From the IMG/VR virus record IMGVR_UViG_3300021961_008224: DNA of 64,000 nucleotides. One strand, written 5' to 3'. The notes below the pieces were generated by a model. The model was not told the origin of the DNA. It saw only the letters and a list, made by a program, of their open reading frames with translations, and ran no database searches. The translations under genes were made by a program, and so were the position numbers. Below, in pieces: positions 38,011-47,800 of this stretch. Within the stretch, counting starts at the first letter, position 1; every line of letters starts with the position of its first letter. Source of the DNA: an uncultured virus (IMG/VR IMGVR_UViG_3300021961_008224). Taxonomy: Duplodnaviria; Heunggongvirae; Uroviricota; Caudoviricetes.

Positions 38011-38715
38011 TTAAATAAGTTTTATTAACCCTCTTGAGTTCATTTCACTATAGTATCTTCGAAGTTTCGCTTCGTTTTCGGCGTAGTGATAAGACCAACC
38101 CATTCTTTTATTTTCATCCGATAATCTATCCGCAAACATTTTGTAACGACTTACGGTGTATTCAACCCCCAAATATTTATAGTGTAACATTTTGTAAATA
38201 TTGGTACTATATTTTACCTCACCACTTGGACCACATACGTGACATCCTGGTTGATAATTAATATCGTTAATTTTGGATTTATTGAAAAGTAATGTTTTAT
38301 CGTAAATCGTGTCTCTAAATCCAAAACTTAATTCGTGCAAATTAAGTGGACCTTCAGTGTTAACCATATTGTATCCGTCGAATTTAAATAACGTAACACC
38401 ATTATTTGATTCGTTAATCAATTCTTCTTCAGTTATTGAGATTAATTCATCACAATCACAAACCACAACCCAATCAGTTTCAGAATCTTTCCAACAGTTA
38501 TTTTTAATTTCTAAGAATTTAGAGTCGGATAATTTGTTGTTTGAATCGTAGTAATTGATTTGACAACCTAAATTTTCTGCAATTTTTACAGTCTCATCAG
38601 TTGAGTAATTGTCGTAGACCTTAATAACACAATTAGGAAAAAGTTTACGGTAGTGTTTAACGAAAAACTCAATCATTAGCTCTTCATTATATGTAATCAA
38701 ATGTACTGTAACCAT
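38011..38715 (-). CDS. glycosyltransferase, GT2-like
   Basis: YNEE, YDNYSTDET and WVVVCDCDE motifs. Confidence 0.82.
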   Translation of the reverse strand: MVTVHLITYNEELMIEFFVKHYRKLFPNCVIKVYDNYSTDETVKIAENLGCQINYYDSNNKLSDSKFLEIKNNCWKDSETDWVVVCDCDELISITEEELINESNNGVTLFKFDGYNMVNTEGPLNLHELSFGFRDTIYDKTLLFNKSKINDINYQPGCHVCGPSGEVKYSTNIYKMLHYKYLGVEYTVSRYKMFADRLSDENKRMGWSYHYAENEAKLRRYYSEMNSRGLIKLI

Positions 38716-38717
38716 AT

Positions 38718-39329
38718 TTATTTTTTTATTTTAATCCAAGACCCATCGTTAAATAATCGGTCGGGAGTGCCTAATAGTTCATCAACGGCTAATTTAACTC
38801 CTGCAATATGAGGATGAATTCGAATAAAAGCGTCATTCGTATAATAGTCGTGACCTGAGATTACTTTCCTAACCAATGGTTGCCAATGTAAAATGTCGGA
38901 CTTAACACATTCATATTGATGACAAGCGTCGATGTACACCACATCACATTCAATCTTTTCACTAGTTGAGAGACCTTTAATTTTTGTAATATTTTTAGTT
39001 AACGCTAATCTTTTATTAAATTGTTCTTCAACCATATTATAATCGTCTCTACTACAAGTGTCTGAATGGTCAAATCCCCCCTCCCAGCTATCAATACAAT
39101 ATATTGTCCCGTTTGGAAACTCTTCGGAGAATATTAAACTACTTTCTCCCATATACGAGCCTAATTCAACTATAGTTGGGGACTCACCCACTATTGTCCT
39201 TAATTCCTTACAAAAATTTCTTAGTTCTATTTCTAAATTAGACCCTGAAGGTCTCATAACATATTTTAAATTTTCCATATATTTTTTATTTTTTAAAATT
39301 AATTCCTGTTGAACCAAACCCATTATCAC
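38718..39329 (-). CDS. class I SAM-dependent methyltransferase (Methyltransf_24-like); start may be about 39278
   Basis: VELGSYMGES, CIDSW, YIDACH.Y and GHDY motifs. Confidence 0.85.
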   Translation of the reverse strand: MIMGLVQQELILKNKKYMENLKYVMRPSGSNLEIELRNFCKELRTIVGESPTIVELGSYMGESSLIFSEEFPNGTIYCIDSWEGGFDHSDTCSRDDYNMVEEQFNKRLALTKNITKIKGLSTSEKIECDVVYIDACHQYECVKSDILHWQPLVRKVISGHDYYTNDAFIRIHPHIAGVKLAVDELLGTPDRLFNDGSWIKIKK

Positions 39330-39858
39330 CTCTATCCTTTTCTTCCACAGAATCTACTTTAATTAATTCTACCCAGTTACCGTTAACTACAGGACAAAGA
39401 ACCGCTTGAGCGATTTTCATACCTTTATCAACTGTAAATGGTTTTGGATTGGTATTGAATACAATTACCTGTATCTCACCATTATAACCTGAATCTACAG
39501 TCCCTGGTGTATTTAACACAGTTAACCCTTGTTTTAGAGCCAAACCACTTTTAGGTCTAACCTGAATTTCACTCCCATCAGGAATATCAAATTTTAATCC
39601 CGTTGGGATAAGGGCTCTTCCAAAAGGTTCTAACGTAACCTCTTCCGTTGAGTATAAATCAAACCCTGAATCTGAGGGGTAATTATATGACGGTTCTACC
39701 GCATCATCAGATATTACCTCATATTTTAAAGGTTTTCTTGGATGGTAATTGGCAAACTCCTTCTCAAGGTCGTCCAAATCCACACCCATATCTAATAACA
39801 TTTTTTTTAATTCCGATTCATCGTCAGTGAATAGGTCTTCAAGTTCGTCTATGTTCAT
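39286..39858 (-). CDS. dut: trimeric dUTPase with an acidic N-terminal extension
   Basis: SGFDL, RPKSGLA, GTVDSGYNGE, IAQAV and RGDNGFGSTG motifs. Confidence 0.93.
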   Translation of the reverse strand: MNIDELEDLFTDDESELKKMLLDMGVDLDDLEKEFANYHPRKPLKYEVISDDAVEPSYNYPSDSGFDLYSTEEVTLEPFGRALIPTGLKFDIPDGSEIQVRPKSGLALKQGLTVLNTPGTVDSGYNGEIQVIVFNTNPKPFTVDKGMKIAQAVLCPVVNGNWVELIKVDSVEEKDRGDNGFGSTGINFKK

Positions 39859-39860
39859 AT

Positions 39861-40568
39861 TTAATTTATTTTAAGTTCTTTTAATTTTTTTATTGCGTCA
39901 ATTAATACATCCACATCTCGTTCACAGTATTCTGAAATTTCTTTTAACATATTTTTATTCCAATACGCATCGTGGACTTTATCTCCCGTTACTTCGCCAT
40001 TTTTAGGGGATGGAATATCCATACAAGCACACATTAAATCTAATGAACCAATTGCGGTATATGCCCCATATTGCCAAATTTCTTTAGTATCAATCGCCTT
40101 AATTTCCCAAGGTTTAGTGTCATAGGACGGTAGAATCGATGATGGCATTAACCCATTGATAATCATACGTTTTGCCAACATAGGAATATCAAAGTTTTTA
40201 AGGTTATGTCCACATAGGAAGAAGTCTAACTTTCCACATCTATTAAGTAATTTTTGAACCCCTTCCAACAATTCTTTTTCATCATCACCTGAAAATGTTT
40301 GTCTTTTAATTTCACCATTATCCAATACAAAGGCTACACTAACACAAATAATCTTTGCAAATTCAGGAACAAGTGCGGTTCGTTTTGCAAAAACCTCATC
40401 CAAGGACAACTGAGAATCTTCAGGAAATCTTTTATGGAACCAATCAATATATTTAATGAATTGTTCGGCAACTTTAGGATTACTAACCTTACAGGTCTCA
40501 TAGTCTTTACATCCACCAACAGTTTCAATGTCAAGAAACAATATTTTGGTAATTGGAATTTTAATCAT
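39861..40568 (-). CDS. DEDDy 3'-5' exonuclease (PolB-exo-like, stand-alone)
   Basis: FLDIETV, GHNLKNFDIP and YCERDV motifs. Confidence 0.88.
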   Translation of the reverse strand: MIKIPITKILFLDIETVGGCKDYETCKVSNPKVAEQFIKYIDWFHKRFPEDSQLSLDEVFAKRTALVPEFAKIICVSVAFVLDNGEIKRQTFSGDDEKELLEGVQKLLNRCGKLDFFLCGHNLKNFDIPMLAKRMIINGLMPSSILPSYDTKPWEIKAIDTKEIWQYGAYTAIGSLDLMCACMDIPSPKNGEVTGDKVHDAYWNKNMLKEISEYCERDVDVLIDAIKKLKELKIN

Positions 40569-40571
40569 AGT

Positions 40572-41024
40572 TTATTTATTTATTTCGTTAATAATATCAG
40601 GATTTTGTTTGATTGTTTGAATTGTAATTAAATCTTTAATCTTAGTTGTAGACCAATTATGTGACCTAGTCGTGTAAACAACTTTAATTGGTAAATGGTC
40701 TCCCGTGAATCTTTTACCAATATAGTCGTCACCTAAAATTCTAACGTCAGGTTTAAAAAACTCCATTAATTTAAGTAATTCATCTTCAGTTTGGTAGGTT
40801 ACAACCTCATCAATATATTTAATAGCCATTAATGTCTTGTATCTTTCATATACGGGTACAACTGGCTTATATTTGGTAAATCGTGTTTCAGATGGGTCAA
40901 TTTGAAGAAATACCATAAAATAATCACAGTGTCTCTTTGCTTCCTCAAACGTATAAATGTAACCTGGATGTAATAAATCAAAATTACCCGCAGTAAATCC
41001 AATAATTCCTTTTGTAGTGTCCAT
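40572..41024 (-). CDS. cytidylyltransferase-like protein (TagD/RfaE-type)
   Basis: GNFDLLHPGY (HxGH variant), ER, GDDY and WSTTKIK motifs. Confidence 0.82.
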   Translation of the reverse strand: MDTTKGIIGFTAGNFDLLHPGYIYTFEEAKRHCDYFMVFLQIDPSETRFTKYKPVVPVYERYKTLMAIKYIDEVVTYQTEDELLKLMEFFKPDVRILGDDYIGKRFTGDHLPIKVVYTTRSHNWSTTKIKDLITIQTIKQNPDIINEINK

Positions 41025-41025
41025 A

Positions 41026-42240
41026 TTATACTATACTTTTATAAAATTCAGCTCTTGTTTTAGTTACGTTATTTAAATCATAAGTGTCTTTAACAGTCTC
41101 ATATAATCTTTCTCCTAAGTCTGTAACTAAATTTCTATTTTGTTTAAGTTTTTTAATGAACTTATACCAATCACTATGGTTTCTATTTTCATTAACTAAC
41201 AAAGCATTACCATCTGAGAACTCACCATTTTTTAACGCGTGTTTCAAATCTAAGGTATAAGGACCTATTTCAGACGCAATTAATGCTTTCTTATAAAATC
41301 CCGCTTCAATAACCTTTAGTTGAGATTTCATTCTATTAAACATTGTATTTTTAATAGGTGCCAAAGATACATCAAATTTTGAATAATTCTTAGCATAAGA
41401 TTGTACAGGTCTTGTCCAAACTCTAACATAAGGTTGTTCAAGTTCATTAGGATAAACATCTTCTTTAAATCTTAAAAGGTAGTTAATGTAGTCTTCACTT
41501 AAACCTGTACGGTTTGAAGTCATAATTTGTTCATATTTATTCCAAACAGTTTCCTCAGGTTTGATAGGTCTTTGTTTTTGTTCACCTGTATCTCTATTAA
41601 TTTCAGTAATAGTACCTCTAGTATCAAAACCACATAAATAAATTTGTAAATCTTTTCGGTCTTCAGAATTAAATTTGGATAGAGACCCTTCGATTAATTT
41701 TAAATCGTGTAGGTGAGAAGAACCACCTAACCATCCAAATCTTAATTTGTCTGACTCTAAAGTTGGTTCATTAAATTGAGGTTCTTTCGGGTCTATTGCG
41801 TTTGGTAATACAATAACATTCTTATTTATTTTTCTAATCTCATTAGCAAATAAAGTTGTTGTTGTTGTAACGTATCTTGCAGCTTTTAGGTTGGCAACAA
41901 TTTTTTCGTGAATTTTATGATTTTTAATTAAATCGTAGATTGGGTGTTCAGGACCTGGCATCCAATAGTCGTCAATGTCAATAATAGTTACAATTCCTAA
42001 ATCGTTTAACGTTTTAAGTATCGTAGGGGTATTATCATAGTTTTGAGCTATGGTTCTATGGATGTGAACTATTTGATATTTTTTCCAATAATTCAAATCA
42101 TCAACTTTAGGTTGATAGTCAATATCTACGTGAAAATCTTCGGGATATAATTTTTGTAAAAAGATGTGTGGGTCGACAGACCTGAACTTACCTACACCTG
42201 TTTTATCTGATGGTAGTACTAATACATTAATTTTTGTCAT
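41026..42240 (-). CDS. glycosyltransferase, GT-B fold
   Basis: DIDDYW, LPNAID, GWLGGSSH..DL and APL-like APIK...FN..KS.LK.IE motifs. Confidence 0.82.
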   Translation of the reverse strand: MTKINVLVLPSDKTGVGKFRSVDPHIFLQKLYPEDFHVDIDYQPKVDDLNYWKKYQIVHIHRTIAQNYDNTPTILKTLNDLGIVTIIDIDDYWMPGPEHPIYDLIKNHKIHEKIVANLKAARYVTTTTTLFANEIRKINKNVIVLPNAIDPKEPQFNEPTLESDKLRFGWLGGSSHLHDLKLIEGSLSKFNSEDRKDLQIYLCGFDTRGTITEINRDTGEQKQRPIKPEETVWNKYEQIMTSNRTGLSEDYINYLLRFKEDVYPNELEQPYVRVWTRPVQSYAKNYSKFDVSLAPIKNTMFNRMKSQLKVIEAGFYKKALIASEIGPYTLDLKHALKNGEFSDGNALLVNENRNHSDWYKFIKKLKQNRNLVTDLGERLYETVKDTYDLNNVTKTRAEFYKSIV

Positions 42241-42288
42241 TCTATTATGTTTTCCATAAGAATAACAAAAAAAAGGTAATAAAGAAAG

Positions 42289-42861
42289 TTATTTTAATTT
42301 TTTAACCTTAGATATTTTACCTTCAAAAAGGTGTTTACCCACCTTAATCATCATAATCTCATCTGACTTCTCAGCACTCTCAATTATTAAACCGTTCTCC
42401 TTTAATACCTCTTGAACCACTTCCTTCATCATCCTTCTTAAATCAGTATTAGTAGGTGTTTTAGAAGAAGTTTCTTGTATTTGAGTTTGTTGTTTAGGTT
42501 TGTTAGTACCCATTAGTTTAGACGCTTTTTCAACTAATTCATCACTTAACACTGAAGTATTACTCGCAGATAACGGATTTACAGATTGAATAGGATTTTC
42601 AATCATAAGTCGTTTAATTTCGTCAGGTAATTTTGAATTTAAAATTCTGTCTTTTGGTGGGGTTTCGGCAGATTGAGTTGTAGGTATATTTGATTCTGAA
42701 ATATATTCACTAGGTATGTTAAAATTAGCTGCAGGAGCATCATAATTTTCAACCACAGGGGTTTGATAATTATTTGTTTGAGGTACTCCACCTCTACCAA
42801 TATTATTATGTTTGTCCATAATGGCCTTTGAAATTGCCAATTTTTGCATTAAATCACTCAT
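42289..42861 (-). CDS. hypothetical protein
   Basis: 190-aa ORF. Confidence 0.72.
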   Translation of the reverse strand: MSDLMQKLAISKAIMDKHNNIGRGGVPQTNNYQTPVVENYDAPAANFNIPSEYISESNIPTTQSAETPPKDRILNSKLPDEIKRLMIENPIQSVNPLSASNTSVLSDELVEKASKLMGTNKPKQQTQIQETSSKTPTNTDLRRMMKEVVQEVLKENGLIIESAEKSDEIMMIKVGKHLFEGKISKVKKLK

Positions 42862-42862
42862 A

Positions 42863-43270
42863 TTATGCTACGTTTTCTTGTGGTGGATTATCGAACTTGG
42901 CGTTAAGAATAACTTGTGCCATAGTTTTATCTCCATTAAAATTATAACCAGGTCTTGGTTCATTGTAAACTTCTCCCGTTGGTTTTGACGATAATATTTT
43001 ATCGAGTCTAAAAAGTCTCCACCCTGGTAAAGGTTGTTCTCCCTTATAACCCGTGTGAGAAGACCCTTCTTTATCCCACGCTCTAACTACTTTATTATTT
43101 GCTTTACTAACACCAATACATACAGGTTCAATTTCACGAAGACCCCTACCACCTGGTTCATCACCATCATAGTATATAATCATAACCTTTCGTTGTTTAA
43201 TCGCATCAATTAAATCCTCGTAAGACGCGGTTTCCGTAATTAGGTTAGTAAATGTAGTTAATAGTTTCAT
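42863..43270 (-). CDS. stand-alone WYL-domain protein
   Basis: I.YY......R.IEP..IG......VRAW......WRLFRLDKI pattern. Confidence 0.78.
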   Translation of the reverse strand: MKLLTTFTNLITETASYEDLIDAIKQRKVMIIYYDGDEPGGRGLREIEPVCIGVSKANNKVVRAWDKEGSSHTGYKGEQPLPGWRLFRLDKILSSKPTGEVYNEPRPGYNFNGDKTMAQVILNAKFDNPPQENVA

Positions 43271-43560
43271 TAAAAATCAGGATAAGTCTTTGATGAATTA
43301 AATTTGTTAATTTTAATTTCACTTTTTCTCTCAACGTTATCAACACTACTACCTGCGAAAGTACTGTAAACATCTAAATCTCCACCCGTACCTTTACCTT
43401 GTTCATCACCTGTTGCTAAAGCGTCAGGGTTAGTTGATGAATATGAATTCGTTGAATTGTAGTTATTCTTAGGAAAAAGTTTTTTTCTTTCCTGTTCGGC
43501 AATCTCAGTTAATGAGTTTTTTTCAGTTTGTGCCAAATCAATAGGTTCTTGTTGTGACAT
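43270..43560 (-). CDS. hypothetical protein
   Basis: 96-aa ORF translationally coupled to the WYL gene. Confidence 0.7.
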   Translation of the reverse strand: MSQQEPIDLAQTEKNSLTEIAEQERKKLFPKNNYNSTNSYSSTNPDALATGDEQGKGTGGDLDVYSTFAGSSVDNVERKSEIKINKFNSSKTYPDF

Positions 43561-43562
43561 AA

Positions 43563-43985
43563 TTATATTATTTTTGAAATTATTTCGTTTATTCGTTTTA
43601 AACTTTCGGTTATTTTTATATCATCATTATGTGTGTGATGACTTTTACTTGGTCTATTTAAATTAGACAAACCCTTAGGGTCGTTATCTTTAGGGCTTTG
43701 ATTATATGAGTTTGATAACCCACTTTCTTTTCTAGCTTTCTTAGAATTTTCTAAAGAACCCCTATCAGAGTTTAGAGTTTGATTAACCCATCCTAACATC
43801 TTATCACCACCCAAAGAATCTTTCTCACCATTCTCTATTCTATGTTTAATTTTCTTCAACAAAGAATATGATATATTACCTTTGGATAATAAATTATCAA
43901 TAGTTTCATTTCCAGAATGATTTTGTAAGTGGTCTATAATATGTGTTGGGATTTTATAATCTTTCCCATATAAATCTTTATTCAC
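43563..43985 (-). CDS. hypothetical protein
   Basis: 140 aa, ending ITESLKRINEII. Confidence 0.7.
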   Translation of the reverse strand: MNKDLYGKDYKIPTHIIDHLQNHSGNETIDNLLSKGNISYSLLKKIKHRIENGEKDSLGGDKMLGWVNQTLNSDRGSLENSKKARKESGLSNSYNQSPKDNDPKGLSNLNRPSKSHHTHNDDIKITESLKRINEIISKII

Positions 43986-44835
43986 TCTTTAACATTTTAA
44001 TTAATTGGTTTATGGTGAAACCTTCTTTTTCTGCCATTTTCTTAAGTGAGTCAACGTTCTTTTTAATAATTTTAGACGCTTTATCTTCTTTTTCCCCCAA
44101 TTCTCCATCAGAATTTTTCTTATTCAATAAGATTTCATCAATCGCGTTAATCATCTTTTGTCTTTGTATTTCAGCCAAAGTCATTCTATCAATAAATCCT
44201 TTTTTGTTTCTAATCTTTGTAGGTGCGTTTTTTGTTCTATTACCTGAAGGGTCTTTACCGAACTGTTTAGTTCTTTCTTTCGCATCATCAGGTTCCATAC
44301 CCATTTTTTTAACTAAATAATTGAAAGTTTCTTTACCGTCCATATCTTTAGTTTCTTCATATCCAAACGCTTCAGAATAATCAACTTCATTAACGACATT
44401 ACTATCTTCAGTTGTTGATTCACCATAGTATCTTCTATAACCTCGAGTAACAGGGTTACCTGGCATTCTTGTTGCAGGTACAATTTTATCGGTGATATTT
44501 TTCTGAGCTAGACCCCAATTAATCGGTGGGTATTTTGAATTATTCATAGTACCGTCATAATCGACTAACTCATCAATCTCAGATTTTTCTTTTGAAATTG
44601 GTTCAAAATATTTTTTGATTTGTCCTTTGGTTTTTATTTTTTTGTTTTTAAGTATTGATGAAATTCCTTTTTTAACTTTTTCTAAATCTTTTTTATCGAA
44701 GTCAATTTTTTCGTCTTTCTTTCTGGACTCTACCAAAGTATCCGCAATAGAATAGTATAACGATATTTTATCGCTTTTTTCCGTAATGTAGAAATAATAT
44801 GGAGTAATAAAATACTCTGTATTCGTTTGAATCAT
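43978..44835 (-). CDS. hypothetical late protein
   Basis: 285 aa; TATTTATA at 44849-44856 (minus). Confidence 0.75.
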   Translation of the reverse strand: MIQTNTEYFITPYYFYITEKSDKISLYYSIADTLVESRKKDEKIDFDKKDLEKVKKGISSILKNKKIKTKGQIKKYFEPISKEKSEIDELVDYDGTMNNSKYPPINWGLAQKNITDKIVPATRMPGNPVTRGYRRYYGESTTEDSNVVNEVDYSEAFGYEETKDMDGKETFNYLVKKMGMEPDDAKERTKQFGKDPSGNRTKNAPTKIRNKKGFIDRMTLAEIQRQKMINAIDEILLNKKNSDGELGEKEDKASKIIKKNVDSLKKMAEKEGFTINQLIKMLKSE

Positions 44836-44848
44836 TTTACTTTTTACA

Positions 44849-44876
44849 TATAAATACTGCGATACAAGGTATTTAT
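44849..44876. promoter_or_regulatory. back-to-back pair of putative late promoters (TATTTAT on each strand)
   Basis: Minus copy at 44849-44856 and plus copy at 44870-44876, within a 50-bp divergent intergenic region. Confidence 0.7.
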
Positions 44877-44885
44877 CATAGAATT

Positions 44886-47800
44886 ATGGCCTATCAAAAT
44901 ATAAACCAGTATAATTTTAAGAAGTGGTATCTTCTTAATAAGTCCGAGATACAAGATTTTTCCTTATCTTCGGATGAAAGAGACTATAAGGAGGAGGTAG
45001 TTTTCTCCCCAAAACTTATTGCTGAAGATGACGGTAATAGGTTACCATTTAGTTTTGATTTAGATAACCCAAGTAATAGTGAATTATTTGTGTTAAACTA
45101 TAATGCCTATAACCCATTCAATAATCTAATATCGTCAAATTATTATAATCCAAACAATAATGACTTAACTTGTTATAGTTCACAAACAATTTGTGATATA
45201 GGGTTAACGGGTATTGATAATGGTTTAGTTGAACAAATGACAGGGGTGACAATCACCGCAACTGAGGGTTTATTGTCTGACAGTCAAAAATTTGATAGAT
45301 TATCTTTCGACCGAAGGTTAAAATTACATCAAGTTACTGGTTATACCGCAAGTCCAAACATTCGTTTTTCAGGGTTACAAAAAGATATATCATATAATGT
45401 TGTGTCTAAAATTTCACCAAAGATTGGTGTATATCACGAATTATATGGTGGGTTCTATCAGGGGTTCTACAAGTTATTCGGATATGATTATACATTATAC
45501 CCTGAAAGAGTTAATAAAGGTTGGTCGGTTGAGGTTTTATTAAAACCAAGATTTATAGATGAGTTTAATCCACCAGCATACCAAACAACACTAAATAATT
45601 TCTACCCTAATAACAAAGATATTTTCTTTTATTTGGGAACCAGAGCGGAAAATAAATTTTATCATAGAGCGGACGGAAATCCTATTTCCGATAGTGGGTA
45701 CACAAGGGTCACTGAAAGTTTAACTTGTCTAAAGACCTGTGCTTGTTCAAGTACGGCAATAACCAACTCAAACTGTATTCAAGTTTATCAACCAACTCAA
45801 GAGTCGGTATCACATAATATAGATTGTGAATGTGGTTGTCTTGAAACCCCTGAGATAATTAATCCTGATAAAGACCCAAAGTTAGATGATTTATCAAACG
45901 CAATCGCCTTTAAACTTTGTGGAGACCCACATAACCCTCAGATAGGTGTTAGGATTTTAAGGTTTACAGGCGACTGTGTCACCACAGGAACTTGTTCAAC
46001 AACAGGAGTAACATATCAAACAGGGTATACTGTGGATAATTTATGTACTCCTAAAGGTATATATGACTTTTGTCAAGAGGTAAACCCTGCGTTTTTACAA
46101 CAGGAACATTGGGTGCAATTAGATTTAGTGTGGGAAAGATATACTTGGTTTGACACTTGTGATTTATGGTATAAAGGAGGTTTAGGGTTAATTAGTGAAG
46201 ACCCTTATCTATTCTCATTGGTAAATGAATCTGTAAGGTTAATTGAACCAAAATCCGATGTTGGTCCTGACATTGACAAGAGAATTGAAGTTGTTAGACT
46301 AAATGAAAGATGGTTAATTGAAAAGGAGTACAGAAAAGGTAGAATTAAAGTTTACGTTAACGGAAGAATCTTTCACACATTTGAGGATATTGAAGAAATA
46401 ATACCAAGGGCGTTAGACACTGAAAAAGAAAGACAGGTTGGGGTACCGTATAACGTATCCTGGGGTGGAGGAACTCAAGGGTTACATAACAACTTAACTT
46501 TCACAGGATGTCCTGAATCATTAAGTGGATTAGTTTACCAGCAAGACCCTGAATGTTTACCAAACAATATATTGAGTGGAACCTCTTTATCAGGTCTAAC
46601 GACTAACATATTATTAGAACAAAATTTTGCGGGGTCATTTGACGGAGGTATATCTCAATTTAGAATGTACACAGAGCCGTTATCCGCCGATGAGGTTAAA
46701 CATAACTTTTTATTATTAAAAGATAAATTTGAGTTATTTGATTTTGATTGTCCTAATTGTGCGGTAATAATCCCTATTACTACGACAACTACAACAATAA
46801 ACCCTATTACTACGACAACTACAACAATAAACCCTATTACTACAACTACAACAACTATAATACCCATTACGACTACAACAACAACTTTCTATCACACACC
46901 AACACCAACCGTAACGCCTACACCAACCCCTACAATAACACAAACACCAACCGTAACGCCTACACAAACACCAACCGTAACGCCTACACCAACCCCTACG
47001 ATAACACAAACGCCAACCGTAACGCCTACACCGACTCAAGTCCAAAATTGTTTTCTATTACAAGAAAATGGTTTCTATATATTACAAGAAAATGGTGGTA
47101 GATTAATAATTGAATGTAACACACCAATACCTGTTAACGATTTTAATTATTTGATTATCCCTGATAATGATTTAAATTACATTACAATACCAGATGGTGA
47201 CTTCAATTATACAATAATACCTAATAACGATATCAATTACGCGTTAATTCCAAACGGAGACTTTAATTTTAAAGTTATCCCAAGTAATGATATCACATAT
47301 AACTTAATACCTATAAATGATATTATTAGTAAAATAATACCTAATAACGATTTAAGTTATGAAATATTATCTTGTACTGGTAAAACATTTAACTTAGTGG
47401 TACTTCCTTATCAGCCGCCAAGTAATGGAAACATTATTTTCCCTAATTTTATTGATGGTGGAGTTGCAACATTAGACCCTAACACATTTACTTTAGGTGG
47501 GGTTTATTGGAATGAAATAGATAGAAATGGTAATAATTCTTATCCATATTTTGAAAATTTACAAAACCCTTTCGTTTTAACATTCGCTCAAGGAAATAGA
47601 TACGTGGTTTACAGTGGTTATAGTGGTTCTATTAGTTATGAATTTGGTATGTTTTTTAATAATGGTAATAGTGGACCCGAACCTCAACCTCAATTAACAT
47701 TAATCATACCTTCAATTGGTAATTTTAATCTAAGTGAACCTGTTTGTATTAGTTATTATAATATTGACGTACCATTACCAACTTCAACACCAACCCCAAC

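Noticed and set aside
46734..47101. Alternative-frame ORFs rich in Asn/Tyr (46757..47101 +) and Cys/Arg (46734..47045 -); the AAC-rich tract superficially resembles a DGR template repeat
   Set aside because: These are shadows of the Thr/Pro codon repeats in the 1188-aa gene. No reverse transcriptase or adenine-variant second copy is seen in the window.
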